From assembly GCA_965208905.1 (NCBI GenBank), contig OZ242365.1, positions 352,001 to 416,000 on the forward strand: a DNA stretch of 64,000 bases, written 5' to 3'. Shown here piece by piece: positions 10,046-21,158 of this stretch. This DNA is from Nitrosopumilaceae archaeon. GTDB taxonomy: Archaea; Thermoproteota; Nitrososphaeria; Nitrososphaerales; Nitrosopumilaceae. The translations under genes and the position numbers were made by a program. The notes under the pieces were generated by a model that saw nothing but the letters and a program-made list of their open reading frames with translations, ran no database searches and was not told where the DNA came from. Every line of letters begins with the position of its first letter. The first letter of the stretch is position 1.

Positions 10046-10542
10046 GTCACCTCGGCCATATCAGTATATACAGGTCCTGTCGGAGCTAGAACACTTCTTT
10101 TTATTTTAAATCTGTCCATATGTTGTACGCCCCAAGTGTAATCCTTGTATGGTGTGATGTTAATTTTATCGTTCTTCTTTAAGCGGGAGATTGTAAGGTG
10201 GGGCGTAAATTTTTTATTAGATTTTTGTTCTAGTGTATGGCCTATACTGTCGGAGAGCTCTTGGAGTGGTGTGTGATCAGTTACGCCGACCCAGATTAAT
10301 CTAGCTGGCCTTCCAAATGTACCAATGCCATGTAGTGTCACATCAAACCCATCAAATTTTATAGTTTGAAGTTTATTAATTATATCTGGAATAGATGACT
10401 CATCTACCTCCCCCAAAAACTGTAGTGTAAAATGTAGATTTTCCTGTTTGACATTTCGTCCTCCTATAACGCTTTGCGCAGATATTATATTGTTTATAAG
10501 GACATTATCAGTTATGTCAGCTGCCACAAATACTCTCATCAT
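10036..10542 (-). CDS. thpR: RNA 2',3'-cyclic phosphodiesterase (2H family)
   Basis: Two HxT motifs (HFTLQFLG, PHLT). Confidence 0.88.
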   Translation of the reverse strand: MMRVFVAADITDNVLINNIISAQSVIGGRNVKQENLHFTLQFLGEVDESSIPDIINKLQTIKFDGFDVTLHGIGTFGRPARLIWVGVTDHTPLQELSDSIGHTLEQKSNKKFTPHLTISRLKKNDKINITPYKDYTWGVQHMDRFKIKRSVLAPTGPVYTDMAEVTCN

Positions 10543-10729
10543 ATAGTACGTTTAATTAGACATTAATAGAATTTACCATCTTTTTGTTATGAATTATTTG
10601 TGGATGTGTTTTCTATCAGTCTTTTAGTTGGTTCTAGATTATGTGGGCAATACCAACCCAAAGAGTAAGAATGCAAATAAACACCACAACACCGAACCAA
10701 GTAAATATGAGGTAGAATGTTCATCCATT

Positions 10730-11281
10730 ATGCCAAAGTTAATTGTCTGTCTTGTGGGAATGCCCGGGGCAGGTAAATCCACAATTGCCAATGGCTTGGC
10801 CAGTCAAGGATATGATATGGTAAATATGGGCGACTCTATTCGCGCAGAGGCTACAAAGCGCCAGATAGAACCCACTAGTAAAAATTTAGGCAAGATAATG
10901 GTGGAGATGCGTTCACATTATGGGCCAGGAGCCGTTGCTCATCTAATAAAACCACAGGTTATTAGCGCCCAATCAGATATTGTAATAGTAGATGGAATAC
11001 GTTCCTCAGATGAGATCAAAGTGTTGCAGGAGTGTGGTGTTGTAAAGGTGCTAGCCATTCATGCATCTCAGGATACACGATTTACATTTCTAAAGAAGAG
11101 GAGACGTTCTGATGATCCAGACAGCCAAGAGATGCTTCAAAAACGGGATCAGAGAGAGATGGGTATTGGTATCAGTGATCCTATAGCTCTTGCTGATGAA
11201 TCCATATCAAATAATAATTTAGATAAAAATATGCTAATAAGCACAGCAGCAGATACAATACAAAGATGGAGACAATTATAG
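10730..11281 (+). CDS. P-loop nucleotide kinase (dephospho-CoA kinase-like)
   Basis: GMPGAGKST, VDGIRS; ATG at 10730 likely. Confidence 0.8.
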   Translation: MPKLIVCLVGMPGAGKSTIANGLASQGYDMVNMGDSIRAEATKRQIEPTSKNLGKIMVEMRSHYGPGAVAHLIKPQVISAQSDIVIVDGIRSSDEIKVLQECGVVKVLAIHASQDTRFTFLKKRRRSDDPDSQEMLQKRDQREMGIGISDPIALADESISNNNLDKNMLISTAADTIQRWRQL

Positions 11282-11658
11282 ACTGTCAAGTACACGCAGA
11301 GTCTCAGATTAGTCCATCAGAGAGTCACAAAAAGGTGTTAAAGGCCATGCTCAATATACTACCGGATTGTGAGTACAGAACCACACACAATACAGTTCAG
11401 GTACACTCCAAAAATATTATGGATTTAGATACCATACGCAAATCGATGTTATCCAGGCAGTTATCAAACAGTTTAAGGAAGAGTCTATTGCGCAATGCAG
11501 ATGATACAAGCACGTGGCTCTTTTTGAATCGCCAAGCTGCCTTTGTGGGTATTGCTGCCATATGTGAAGAGGCCGGCGAGTCCCCACTAGGCCCCATTAA
11601 AATTACACTAACATCTCCAGATATACAAGGTGTCATAGAGTGGTTTTCACATATTTAA
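11266..11658 (+). CDS. DUF54-type putative RNA-binding protein
   Basis: PSE...KV..A..N, NRQAAFVG, ESPLGPI; usual partner of the upstream kinase. Confidence 0.8.
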   Translation: METIIDCQVHAESQISPSESHKKVLKAMLNILPDCEYRTTHNTVQVHSKNIMDLDTIRKSMLSRQLSNSLRKSLLRNADDTSTWLFLNRQAAFVGIAAICEEAGESPLGPIKITLTSPDIQGVIEWFSHI

Positions 11659-11693
11659 TGTGAAAAGAACGTTGTGTTTTTAAGCAGTTTTGT

Positions 11694-11930
11694 GTGATAT
11701 GTAATATGCTGATAAAGCTTCTCTTAATAGCAACAGTACTGGTAGCTGGCGCCATAATATTTCAGACCCAGTTACAAACGATACTTCCCAATACAGTATC
11801 CACAATACCTGACACAATCAGAGAAGATGTGGATGCCATCACATCGAGAATAGAGGAGCAGGCAAGTGATGCGCTAGATACAATTACCGAAGAAGTTCTA
11901 AACACCACTGCTAATATTATACAGCCTTAG
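11694..11930 (+). CDS. Small exported or membrane-anchored hypothetical protein
   Basis: N-terminal hydrophobic helix, acidic helical tail. Confidence 0.55.
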   Translation: MICNMLIKLLLIATVLVAGAIIFQTQLQTILPNTVSTIPDTIREDVDAITSRIEEQASDALDTITEEVLNTTANIIQP

Positions 11931-12639
11931 CCCATTGCCAAGGGTAGTTCATATACGAGTCAGATTTATTCTGATCAATCACCATTACGGTCATATCTGA
12001 AAACTCTCTTCCTATCAATTCAGCCATACTGCCCTCAAAGACCTTCTCTGTAGGCATTGTAAGATACTCATATACTAGTACCCTCTGTTGCTTTGTGTCA
12101 AACCCCTTATCAGCTAAATACTTTGAGACATCTGATGGCATAAAAGACAAGTCCGGTCTGCTAGGCCAGGGTCTTGGTACTAATATCACACTAAGTTTAT
12201 CTTTTAGAGCTTGTATCATGCGATGTTTCTTATCTTCAATATCCCCTGTTATATGCATCGATATAACTTGACATTTATCAGTGGGAATACAAGCTCGAGA
12301 GGCGGCCACCTGAGTGGAGCTGACACCAGGTATTAGTGTCACATCACTAAATATCTGTATGAGTCTGTCTATCACCTCGGACTCGGAGAAGTTAACATCT
12401 CCTGTAAATGGTATCACCAAGGTTTCATCTCTCAAGTCTTTTGCCAGTCTTTGATATGCATTCTCCTGATTGCTCATTGTAATGTGGTGTACTTTTTTTC
12501 CGATTAAATGCTGGTTTATTGTATTTAATGTGTAGTCGTATCCAGCCACCACATCAGCGTTCTGTATTATATCCATGACTATTTTTGTGATATATTCGGG
12601 AGAGCCAGGCCCCACACCGACCGCGTATACTTTTGCCAA
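11917..12639 (-). CDS. cbiE: Cobalt-precorrin-7 / precorrin-6Y C5-methyltransferase
   Basis: VGVGPG, IPGVSSTQVAA, EYLTMPTEK tetrapyrrole methylase pattern. Confidence 0.8.
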   Translation of the reverse strand: MAKVYAVGVGPGSPEYITKIVMDIIQNADVVAGYDYTLNTINQHLIGKKVHHITMSNQENAYQRLAKDLRDETLVIPFTGDVNFSESEVIDRLIQIFSDVTLIPGVSSTQVAASRACIPTDKCQVISMHITGDIEDKKHRMIQALKDKLSVILVPRPWPSRPDLSFMPSDVSKYLADKGFDTKQQRVLVYEYLTMPTEKVFEGSMAELIGREFSDMTVMVIDQNKSDSYMNYPWQWAKAV

Positions 12640-12640
12640 T

Positions 12641-13135
12641 CTATCTTGTTATCCTCTGGCGCTCTTTTATGAATGCGACAAATGGTTGCCAATCCACATG
12701 CATAAATTTGAGGGCATCCTTCATGGGATACTTTACCCAATCCTGAGCTATGCTGTATTGATATTTCTGGGCCGTGCCATTATGTGTATACTCTATATAC
12801 AATACACTGCCCCAATCTTTTTCGTCATACCACACATCAGATATGTCATCAAAGTTCAGCTTCTCATTCTTTGGATTTTCCATATCGACTTTGAGGTTAT
12901 CCTCATCGTACCCATCATGTAATATCATGACATCTTTGGACTTCATAAAATTCAAGGCTTGTCGTCGTCGTATCGCCTGCCACCATGCCGACTTGGCTTT
13001 GGTCTTTTGTATAAAGTATATGTGCTTATCAGTTAGCACCAACATTCCCTCTCGCCCCCCTAAACTAAAGAATTTTGCTGACTCTCGCCATACAGACACC
13101 AAATGCGCCTCCATTGTTTCATCATAATCTGGCAT
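12641..13135 (-). CDS. Hypothetical protein (PH-like fold possible)
   Basis: GMLVLTDKHIYF motif; 1 bp from cbiE. Confidence 0.7.
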   Translation of the reverse strand: MPDYDETMEAHLVSVWRESAKFFSLGGREGMLVLTDKHIYFIQKTKAKSAWWQAIRRRQALNFMKSKDVMILHDGYDEDNLKVDMENPKNEKLNFDDISDVWYDEKDWGSVLYIEYTHNGTAQKYQYSIAQDWVKYPMKDALKFMHVDWQPFVAFIKERQRITR

Positions 13136-13337
13136 GTTGATAGGGAGACATACTCCATTAAAAAGGATGGTTATGTATCAGATACTGCAATGTTGACCAA
13201 CCTGCCATATGTTCAATTATGAGTGTGTGTCGCGCATTGGCATCATACCAAGATGTACATCATCTGATTTTACATTAGTTGGCACTAGAAAGATTGTCAT
13301 ATTATCGCTAAAATATGATTAACAACACATTATACAT

Positions 13338-14687
13338 ATGAAATCCTCGGTAATAATAGTAGGCGCAGGTGTTGGAGGGTTATCCATGGGGGCCCTTTTG
13401 GCACGTGACGGATATGCAGTCACCATATTTGAGAAGGACAAGAAGATAGGTGGTCGTACAGCGTCAACCACCTACAAAAACCACACACTGGATAATGGAT
13501 TTCACATAATGCCATTCTACAAAAAGTCCGCCTTGTATGATGTGCTGTCCATGACGGGCATACTACACAAGACTGGTCTATCACTAGTATCTGATATTGC
13601 ATTCTACTCCAAGAATAAATTTCACAGGTATCCAAAAGGCATGCTGGACATACTTAGGATGAGTCTTATTCCATTCAAGAGTAGAATGGTACTACTTCGA
13701 ATATTGTTACCCATGGCGTTTAGTACAATGACTGCTGCCGAGAAGAAGGATAACATGTCGTTGTCGTCCATAACCACATCCATGGACAGTCGTACCCGGG
13801 CTTTCTTTGATGCCGTATGTATGTTAGCCTTTGCAGACACACCTGATCGTGTCTCGTTGGGGGAGTTCATTCGAACCATAATAAGGGCCAATCCTTTTCG
13901 GGGTGGAACCAGCCAATTTGCCTATCCAGCCAAGGGATACGACACCATATGTAAAATGTTGGCTACATATATAGAGAGTCATGGTGGCCGGATACTCTTA
14001 TCATCACCCATACAAAAGATAGAGATACGTCAAGATTCCGCATGTGGTGTAATTGACTCTAAAGGGAACATAATAAAGGCAAGTTGTGTGGTAGCATCAC
14101 CGCCTGCCTACCAGATACCTAATCTTTTAGATGACCACATATTGAATAATAGTACAAAACGCCACATAGACAGCCTAAAGAGTAGTACTGCCGTTGTGGA
14201 GGTACACTACGCCACTAACAGGCGAATCGATACCCGTCAGATAGTCTTTCCTGTGGGCGACTATACCGCCAAGGGCATATTCTTTACATCCAACATATCC
14301 TCCCAACTCTGTCCTTCTGGAGAGCACCAGCTCATATGTGGAGCGCCCATAGATCCTAATCATATGACCGGTTCAAAACTCCGACAGACTACCAGTGAGA
14401 TGCGTCAGGATTTAGAGTCAATATATCCCGGATTCCAAGATAGTATCATCTGGGAGAGGCCGCAGGCGTGGAAGTTGGTGGAATCGGTTGCAAAGATGCC
14501 TGGCATGGTCTGGCGGTCCAAGATGCCTCACTATACATCAGAGGTGAATGGGTTGTTTTTTGTGGGTGACTCGACCATAAGCTATGGTATAGGTACAGAT
14601 TCGGCGGCTCACAGCGCGCTACTGTGCTACCCCCACGTAAAGGCGCATATTTTGGGGGCGGCGCCCATCATATCAGCGCCAGCCTAG
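13338..14687 (+). CDS. Phytoene desaturase-like FAD oxidoreductase
   Basis: GAGVGG, GGR, DNGFH, LFFVGD. Confidence 0.82.
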   Translation: MKSSVIIVGAGVGGLSMGALLARDGYAVTIFEKDKKIGGRTASTTYKNHTLDNGFHIMPFYKKSALYDVLSMTGILHKTGLSLVSDIAFYSKNKFHRYPKGMLDILRMSLIPFKSRMVLLRILLPMAFSTMTAAEKKDNMSLSSITTSMDSRTRAFFDAVCMLAFADTPDRVSLGEFIRTIIRANPFRGGTSQFAYPAKGYDTICKMLATYIESHGGRILLSSPIQKIEIRQDSACGVIDSKGNIIKASCVVASPPAYQIPNLLDDHILNNSTKRHIDSLKSSTAVVEVHYATNRRIDTRQIVFPVGDYTAKGIFFTSNISSQLCPSGEHQLICGAPIDPNHMTGSKLRQTTSEMRQDLESIYPGFQDSIIWERPQAWKLVESVAKMPGMVWRSKMPHYTSEVNGLFFVGDSTISYGIGTDSAAHSALLCYPHVKAHILGAAPIISAPA

Positions 14688-14930
14688 ATATACACACAGC
14701 ATAATGTTGTAAATTCAACATTTAATAGAAAAAACCAAAGATAATCTTCTGTTTTATTCCAAGTGTGTACATCTCTTGTTTACGATGACCAGAGTACTAT
14801 AATAAATTCTGATGTATTTGATGTGTAATTCGTTGAGGTCTGTCGGCGTTCTGATATCAGGTGCTGGGAGTGGCTTCTCAGTATATGCAGAACACTAGAG
14901 CTTTTATAGAGTGGGTATTTTTAACAGTCA

Positions 14931-16490
14931 TTGAATGGTATTGTGTTTGTCTTAATAGCGGCACTGATATTGGGCTCAACGAGTCTGGTGTATGGCCAGA
15001 ATACAGACACAGTAGTGGTACTGCAGACAGAGCAAGGTCCGCTGGTTATCGAGTTCTTCCCTGAAGATGCACCAAATCATGTAGCAAACTTTATTGAACT
15101 ATCTCGTAGCGGCTTTTATGACAACACCTTATTTCATCGCATCATACCTAACTTTATGATACAGGGTGGAGATCCGCACACAAAGCCCGATTCCGGAGTC
15201 GGACAAGACCGGTGGGGTATGGGCGGACCCGATGCCACCTTAGATGCAGAGTTTAATGATATAATGCACAATCGTGGCATAGTATCCATGGCCCGCTCCA
15301 GTGACCCAAATAGTGCAGGTTCACAGTTCTTTATAGTACATCAGGACTCTAACTTTTTAGATGCATCATATACGGTCTTTGGTCGTTTAGCTACTGCTGA
15401 GAGTTATGAAACATTGGATGCCATAGCTGGTATAGAGGTGGATGCCATAGACCGTCCCGTATCGCCAGACTTGGTTCGAATAATCTCTGCGCAGGTGTTG
15501 ACTCGTGATCAGGTTGCCGATATACAAGATATGGACCCGCCCCTGCGAATGCAATCAGGTTTTGAGGAGCCTTCTTCCAGTGGAGAGTATACAAGTGAGA
15601 TATACAACTTTTCCATTAAATTTCCTGAAGGGTGGGTAGTACAAAATATCGATAGTGAAGGCGGACCAAACATAGCAGCAGTAAGTTCTAGTGATGCTCC
15701 GATACCTCCAAGTATCGCTGTATACATCGAAGAGGCCGGCAATCACACGATAAATACTGTTCGTGAGAGCAAACTCGCAGACGTAGAGGCGATGGGGGAC
15801 AGTCTGCAGATTGTAAATCATGAGCTGACGACCATAAACAACTTTGATGCGTTTGTATTAGATGCCACTGGTATATTTGATATAGGTACTGGGCCTTTTG
15901 ATATTGGATATCGCGAAGTGACCATAGTGTCATCAGGTAAAATCTACACTTTTCTGTTTAGCTCAGTCTTGAGTGACTATGACTCAGATGTGCGCTCCTT
16001 TTCTGAATCATTAGATTCGTTTACAGTGTTAACGGTAGATACTCCTGAAGAGACTCCAGCCGAGGAGCCTGATGATACAACATCAGAAGGGGGCGGGTGT
16101 CTAATTGCGACTGCAGCCTTTGGCTCGGAACTATCTTCTCCCATACAACAACTTCGGGAGCTGCGGGATGAGACATTGATGCAGACTGATGCCGGATACA
16201 GTTTTGTAACTGGATTTAACACCATATATTACACGTTCAGTCCCAGTATAGCAGATTATGAGCGTGAAAATCCTCTATTTCGTGACTTGGTACGCCTCTC
16301 CATAACACCGATGATACATACACTATCAATACTGACTCTTGTGGATATGAATAGTGATATTGAAGTTGTTGTGTATGGCGTTTCGGTCATACTTTTGACA
16401 CTGTTGATATATGTTGGTCCACCCATTCTAGCCGCTATATTGATACGTCGCAGAGTAGCACCATACAGCACATCACCAAAAGTCGTCTAA
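14931..16490 (+). CDS. Exported cyclophilin PPIase with PsbP-like domain and CFI-box-CTERM anchor
   Basis: FHRIIPNFMIQGGD, SAGSQFFI; GGGCLIATAAFGSEL and C-terminal TM. Confidence 0.9.
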   Translation: MNGIVFVLIAALILGSTSLVYGQNTDTVVVLQTEQGPLVIEFFPEDAPNHVANFIELSRSGFYDNTLFHRIIPNFMIQGGDPHTKPDSGVGQDRWGMGGPDATLDAEFNDIMHNRGIVSMARSSDPNSAGSQFFIVHQDSNFLDASYTVFGRLATAESYETLDAIAGIEVDAIDRPVSPDLVRIISAQVLTRDQVADIQDMDPPLRMQSGFEEPSSSGEYTSEIYNFSIKFPEGWVVQNIDSEGGPNIAAVSSSDAPIPPSIAVYIEEAGNHTINTVRESKLADVEAMGDSLQIVNHELTTINNFDAFVLDATGIFDIGTGPFDIGYREVTIVSSGKIYTFLFSSVLSDYDSDVRSFSESLDSFTVLTVDTPEETPAEEPDDTTSEGGGCLIATAAFGSELSSPIQQLRELRDETLMQTDAGYSFVTGFNTIYYTFSPSIADYERENPLFRDLVRLSITPMIHTLSILTLVDMNSDIEVVVYGVSVILLTLLIYVGPPILAAILIRRRVAPYSTSPKVV

Positions 16491-17795
16491 CTCGGCCTCG
16501 GTCTCATACTCTTTGACTTTCTTGTTGTTGGTAAACTTTAGTCTGGATATATCCCTATCAAATATGGCATCGCCGGTCCAGTCTAATATGAGTCGAATCT
16601 TTTTGGAGAAGGTCGGTACTTTGGTGATAAATAGATTCCTCCACATCATCCAAGCTAGAATCCCTCCCACACTCATGCCAAAGAGAGAGGCTATTCCGGA
16701 GCGTTTTCCTATTAGGGCCATATGTGATTTATGTTTGAACTCATAGGTACGTATGGGTTTGCCGTTTATTATTGAGACTAAATTGTCTGCTACACATTTA
16801 GCTTGAGATGAAGCCACTTGAGCAGTGGGTGGCAATGGTTTACCATCCACATCATGAAATAATGCACAGTCTCCTGCAACAAAGACGTTTTTGTACTCCT
16901 TGGCCTCTAGATGGTCGTCTACTTCTATCTTTCCTTGTTTTGTCTTGAAGACAGATCTCTTTACGGTATTCACTGGTGTGACACCTGCCGTCCATATCAC
17001 TGTTTTAGTATGTATGTCATCATGCATGTTACCATCGACATCCTCTACTCCAACAGTATCCCCATCAAAAGATACTACGACAGTCCTTAAGCGAACATCA
17101 ATGCCATCTTGTAGTATCTTTGTATGAGCAATGTGGGCCAGTTTTTTAGTAATACTAGGCAGTATGACATCGCCCGATTCCAGAACTATAACATGTATCT
17201 CCTCCCTTGATATGGTATGGTAGTACTTGACGGCATCCGTTAAAAGGTCATGCAGCTCGCCTGCCGTCTCTATACCTGCAAAACCTCCCCCCACGATTAC
17301 AATTGTAAGCAGACTCTTTTTTATATCGGGATCACTTTCATTATCGGCCTGTTCTAATATGTCAATTACTCTGTTTCGTACATCGACCGCATCTTTTAGT
17401 GTCTTCATCTTAAACGAGTTATCCTCCACGTCTTGCATACCAAAGAAGTTAGTCTCACTACCTAAAGCCACCACTAAAAAATCATAGTCTAGTGTAATGC
17501 CATGCCTTTCAGGAGTGCCCCACAGACTCACCTTTTGGGATACTGGGTCTATGCCCTGTACTCTGTTCTCATAAAATTTTGTCTTCTTTAATATGGTTCG
17601 AATTGGTATCACAATATTTCTGGTCTGCACCATACCAGAGGCTACTTGCGGTAGAAGGGGCGTAAATAGTAAAAAGTTGTCTTCACTGACCAGTGCAATC
17701 TCGGTTGATGAGTTACTTCGCACGTGCTTCTCTATTCTACGGGCGCACTCGACCCCCGCAAAACCACCACCTAATATCACTATCCTTTTTTTCAT
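16473..17795 (-). CDS. Type II NADH dehydrogenase-like flavoprotein (paralog 1)
   Basis: Two GGGFAG motifs, FTPLL, WTAG, AGD, PTAQ. Confidence 0.88.
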   Translation of the reverse strand: MKKRIVILGGGFAGVECARRIEKHVRSNSSTEIALVSEDNFLLFTPLLPQVASGMVQTRNIVIPIRTILKKTKFYENRVQGIDPVSQKVSLWGTPERHGITLDYDFLVVALGSETNFFGMQDVEDNSFKMKTLKDAVDVRNRVIDILEQADNESDPDIKKSLLTIVIVGGGFAGIETAGELHDLLTDAVKYYHTISREEIHVIVLESGDVILPSITKKLAHIAHTKILQDGIDVRLRTVVVSFDGDTVGVEDVDGNMHDDIHTKTVIWTAGVTPVNTVKRSVFKTKQGKIEVDDHLEAKEYKNVFVAGDCALFHDVDGKPLPPTAQVASSQAKCVADNLVSIINGKPIRTYEFKHKSHMALIGKRSGIASLFGMSVGGILAWMMWRNLFITKVPTFSKKIRLILDWTGDAIFDRDISRLKFTNNKKVKEYETEAELDDFW

Positions 17796-17821
17796 TACAC
17801 ATGAAATATAGCAAATTTTAC

Positions 17822-18496
17822 TTATAAGGCTCTCACTGAACGCAGTATTTCATAAGCTCTAGAAGCATGACTCTCTTCGACCACCAATGTTATGTAATCC
17901 AAGTTAAAGAATGCATCTCTTAGCTCTATGCCATTGTTATGAAGTACGTCTGCTATAAACGATATAGCATCAGGCCAAGACCTATTGGTGGGCACACTAA
18001 TCCTTATTCGTGCCAATCCTCTAACATATGTACGCTTACCTAGTATGTTGTCCAAAATTTCTCGTATGGACTCTTCATCTTCCACCAAAAACCTTACCGA
18101 ATCAGACATTCTAAAAAAGTCATAGTTATCTGTAGCTTCCGAGAACTTTGTCAAGATATCTGCAGTGTCTAGGCCCTCTTCGCTCACAGAGACACGCACA
18201 TCGAGCATTCCGTCAGTTAGTGTCATTCGAGAGTTCTCCAATACACGTTCATTCTCCCCCCAGTCCTGATCTTTGAAAGAGTCGGCGTATCTCTTGATGG
18301 CCACCACCAGTGTATTGAGGTTAACTGGTCTACTGATCTCAACTTCGACTTCGTGTTGTATACGAACTGCCAAGGCAGTGTAATTGATTACATTCATTCT
18401 GAGACAGTCATATACTGCACGATTTCTGGATATGACCTCACGAACGGCCTCTGGTACTGATACACCACTTGTGCGCATACTTGTATATGTACACAA
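17822..18496 (-). CDS. ACT-domain protein
   Basis: INYTALA...VAIKRY N-domain and C-terminal ACT-like fold; start may be 18478. Confidence 0.78.
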   Translation of the reverse strand: MCTYTSMRTSGVSVPEAVREVISRNRAVYDCLRMNVINYTALAVRIQHEVEVEISRPVNLNTLVVAIKRYADSFKDQDWGENERVLENSRMTLTDGMLDVRVSVSEEGLDTADILTKFSEATDNYDFFRMSDSVRFLVEDEESIREILDNILGKRTYVRGLARIRISVPTNRSWPDAISFIADVLHNNGIELRDAFFNLDYITLVVEESHASRAYEILRSVRAL

Positions 18497-18573
18497 TCAA
18501 GATATTAGCGTTGCCCAAATTAGTTATTGCTGGACCATGATGTTGAATTTATTTGCCGAAATGATATGGTATT

Positions 18574-19899
18574 TTACCAAAAGTCATCCAACGCCTGTAA
18601 TGTCTCATACTCTTTGACTGGGGCGTCTCTCATTATCTTTAGTCTGGATATGTCTCGATCAAAGAGGGCATCCTGAAACCAGTCCATCAACAATCTAACA
18701 CGTTTGGATATTGAAGGCATCTTTGATAGATATACATTTCTCCACAATAACCAAGCAGTCATTCCTTGAATGTTCAACCCAAAGATGGATGCAATGCCTG
18801 TTCGCTTGCCAATTATCGCCATCTGTCCTCGGGGTGTGTATGTGAACTCTTCCATCGAATTATTATTTATTAATAAGAATAGATTGGAGGCTATTTTTTT
18901 GGCTTGAGCCTCGGCCAATTGGGCGGTGGCCGCAAATGGTTTCTGTGTGGCCGGATCTATACATAATGCGCAGTCTCCAGCTGCAAATACGCCTTTGTAT
19001 CCATCAGCTTCTAGATATTCATTTATCAGCATTTTACCCTTCTCGGTCTTGAATATTGACCGTTTTATTGTATTTGTAGGAGTAACACCTGCCGTCCATA
19101 TCACCGTCTTTGTAGATATGTTGTCTGTCATTTGATCATCCAAGTTTTTAGTGGTTATTGTAGCTCCATCAAATCCAGTCACTGCTGTTCGAAGGTTTAT
19201 CTCTATACCCCTCTGTATCATCTGGTTCTTTGTAAATTGAGCCAGTCTTTGAGAGAAGCCGGGTAGTATGGTAGGCAAGGCCTCCAGCACCTTTACAGAT
19301 ATGTCACTCATACTTATTTTAGGATAATATTTTGTTGCATCGTTTAGAAAATCATTCAGCTCTCCCGCCGTCTCTATACCTGCAAAGCCACCTCCAACTA
19401 TAACAATGGTCAAGAGACTCTTTCTTGTCTCGGTATCAGGTTCATTGTTGGCCTGCTCCAGCATATCTATAATACGGTTGCGCACAATGACTGCATCGTT
19501 CAATGTCTTCATTCTAAAGGCATTATTCTCCAAGTCATTCATACCAAAAAAGTTGGTCTCACTACCTAAAGCCACCACCAGATAATCATAATTTAATACA
19601 ATGCCGGGCTTCTCGGGTGTACCCCACAAACTTATCCGGCGTGCAACAGGGTCTATGTGCCTTACCCTCCCCTCATAAAATGTTGTTTTTTTAATCATAG
19701 CCCTTATCGGTATGACTATATTTCTGGTCTGCACCGTTCCAGAGGCCACCTGAGGCAGCATTGGTGTGAATAATAAAAAGTTGTCTTCGCTGACCAGTAT
19801 AATCTCGGTTAAAGAGTTACTTCGCATGCGCTTCTCTAGTCTACGGGCGCACTCGACCCCCGCAAAACCACCACCTAATATTATAATTGTCGTTTTCAT
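18574..19899 (-). CDS. Type II NADH dehydrogenase-like flavoprotein (paralog 2)
   Basis: Same motifs as 16473-17795. Confidence 0.88.
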   Translation of the reverse strand: MKTTIIILGGGFAGVECARRLEKRMRSNSLTEIILVSEDNFLLFTPMLPQVASGTVQTRNIVIPIRAMIKKTTFYEGRVRHIDPVARRISLWGTPEKPGIVLNYDYLVVALGSETNFFGMNDLENNAFRMKTLNDAVIVRNRIIDMLEQANNEPDTETRKSLLTIVIVGGGFAGIETAGELNDFLNDATKYYPKISMSDISVKVLEALPTILPGFSQRLAQFTKNQMIQRGIEINLRTAVTGFDGATITTKNLDDQMTDNISTKTVIWTAGVTPTNTIKRSIFKTEKGKMLINEYLEADGYKGVFAAGDCALCIDPATQKPFAATAQLAEAQAKKIASNLFLLINNNSMEEFTYTPRGQMAIIGKRTGIASIFGLNIQGMTAWLLWRNVYLSKMPSISKRVRLLMDWFQDALFDRDISRLKIMRDAPVKEYETLQALDDFW

Positions 19900-20229
19900 A
19901 GTGTATAATATCTCCAGTACATTCTGATGTAGCAGTCCCCAACTCTCTGTGATGGGTCATCTACACTCCGACTTACATGGGCAGGCATAACTAAATTGTA
20001 TATGTAAAATACTAGTATATATTTGAGTTGCGACATAAAGATTGATACTATACGTCAAGCACAATTATTTAGACAGTATGTCATTTTGTTATATTGCATA
20101 TATATCAAAAGAGCATGTTGCAATCTATTTTTTGGCAAAATATATGCAGGCTGTATGTAAGCGACATTTTTAATGTTGTTTAATTTGACAGTATGCTTTA
20201 TATTATGTCATATATGTTACATAAGTAAC

Positions 20230-20661
20230 ATGAAAATGACAATATTTGAGGAATTCGACAGAGTCTTTGACAGAATGCTCTCGGATTCATCATTTATGAC
20301 CAACCCTGTATGGTATGGATGTCGTGTTGAATCAAGACCAGATGGGCCACCAAAGATACAAGAGTTTGGAAACTTACAAAGGAACACCATTGAGGTAGAT
20401 GTAATACCAAATGAAGAAAATAGTGAGATAAAGGTGGTTGCTGAAATGCCAGGTGTGGCAAAAGATGACATAAACGTCTATGTCGATGAAGACGATTTGG
20501 TGATTGATGCTACGCGCGCAGACAAAAAGTATCATGCTCGCGTACCAATTCAACACACAATTATTGATGATGACATAAAGGCATCGTACAGAAACGGCAT
20601 ACTAGAGATTGTCTTTAGTACAGAGAATAAACCTAAGGGTAAAAAGATAAGGGTGGATTAA
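20230..20661 (+). CDS. hsp20: Small heat-shock protein
   Basis: AEMPGV, ASYRNGILEI alpha-crystallin motifs. Confidence 0.9.
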   Translation: MKMTIFEEFDRVFDRMLSDSSFMTNPVWYGCRVESRPDGPPKIQEFGNLQRNTIEVDVIPNEENSEIKVVAEMPGVAKDDINVYVDEDDLVIDATRADKKYHARVPIQHTIIDDDIKASYRNGILEIVFSTENKPKGKKIRVD

Positions 20662-20676
20662 CCCCCTCTTTTTTTA
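20662..20676 (+). terminator. Oligo-T archaeal terminator after hsp20
   Basis: CCCCCTCTTTTTTTT directly after the stop codon. Confidence 0.5.
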
Positions 20677-20767
20677 TTCATAAAAATATACAACAGATAA
20701 TCGAGTAAAAATTGTTGTACCAAATGTATCATACAACAAATAAAACAAAATAAAAAAACCTGTAAAA

Positions 20768-21076
20768 TTAAGCTGCGAGTTCGTCCCAACCCTTTACGAA
20801 GAGACCATTCTCACGTAGTGGAATTGGTTGTCCAACAGTGAACTCTGTTGGTCTCATCCAAAAGATTGCCTTTGTGGGACACACACCTATACATGCGCCA
20901 TCAGAGATACATCTCTCTGGATAAAAGACGAATGCTTTGCTTCGGCTCCAGCCTTCAACGGACTTAATTCTGAGAACATCTGGTCCCAGAGCAGTGCAGA
21001 CCTGTACACAAAGTGCACATCCAATACACATTGCATCGTTGATGTCTGGTAGTATTGCTACTGGCATACCATACAA
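20768..21076 (-). CDS. 4Fe-4S ferredoxin
   Basis: CIGCALCVQVC and CISDGACIGVCP. Confidence 0.9.
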   Translation of the reverse strand: MYGMPVAILPDINDAMCIGCALCVQVCTALGPDVLRIKSVEGWSRSKAFVFYPERCISDGACIGVCPTKAIFWMRPTEFTVGQPIPLRENGLFVKGWDELAA

Positions 21077-21158
21077 AATGCTGTTTTAGTTAATATAGCT
21101 TATTGCAGTCTGTACACTCATAACACCGTTTAAAACCACTAGCAGTGTCACGTTTAGT

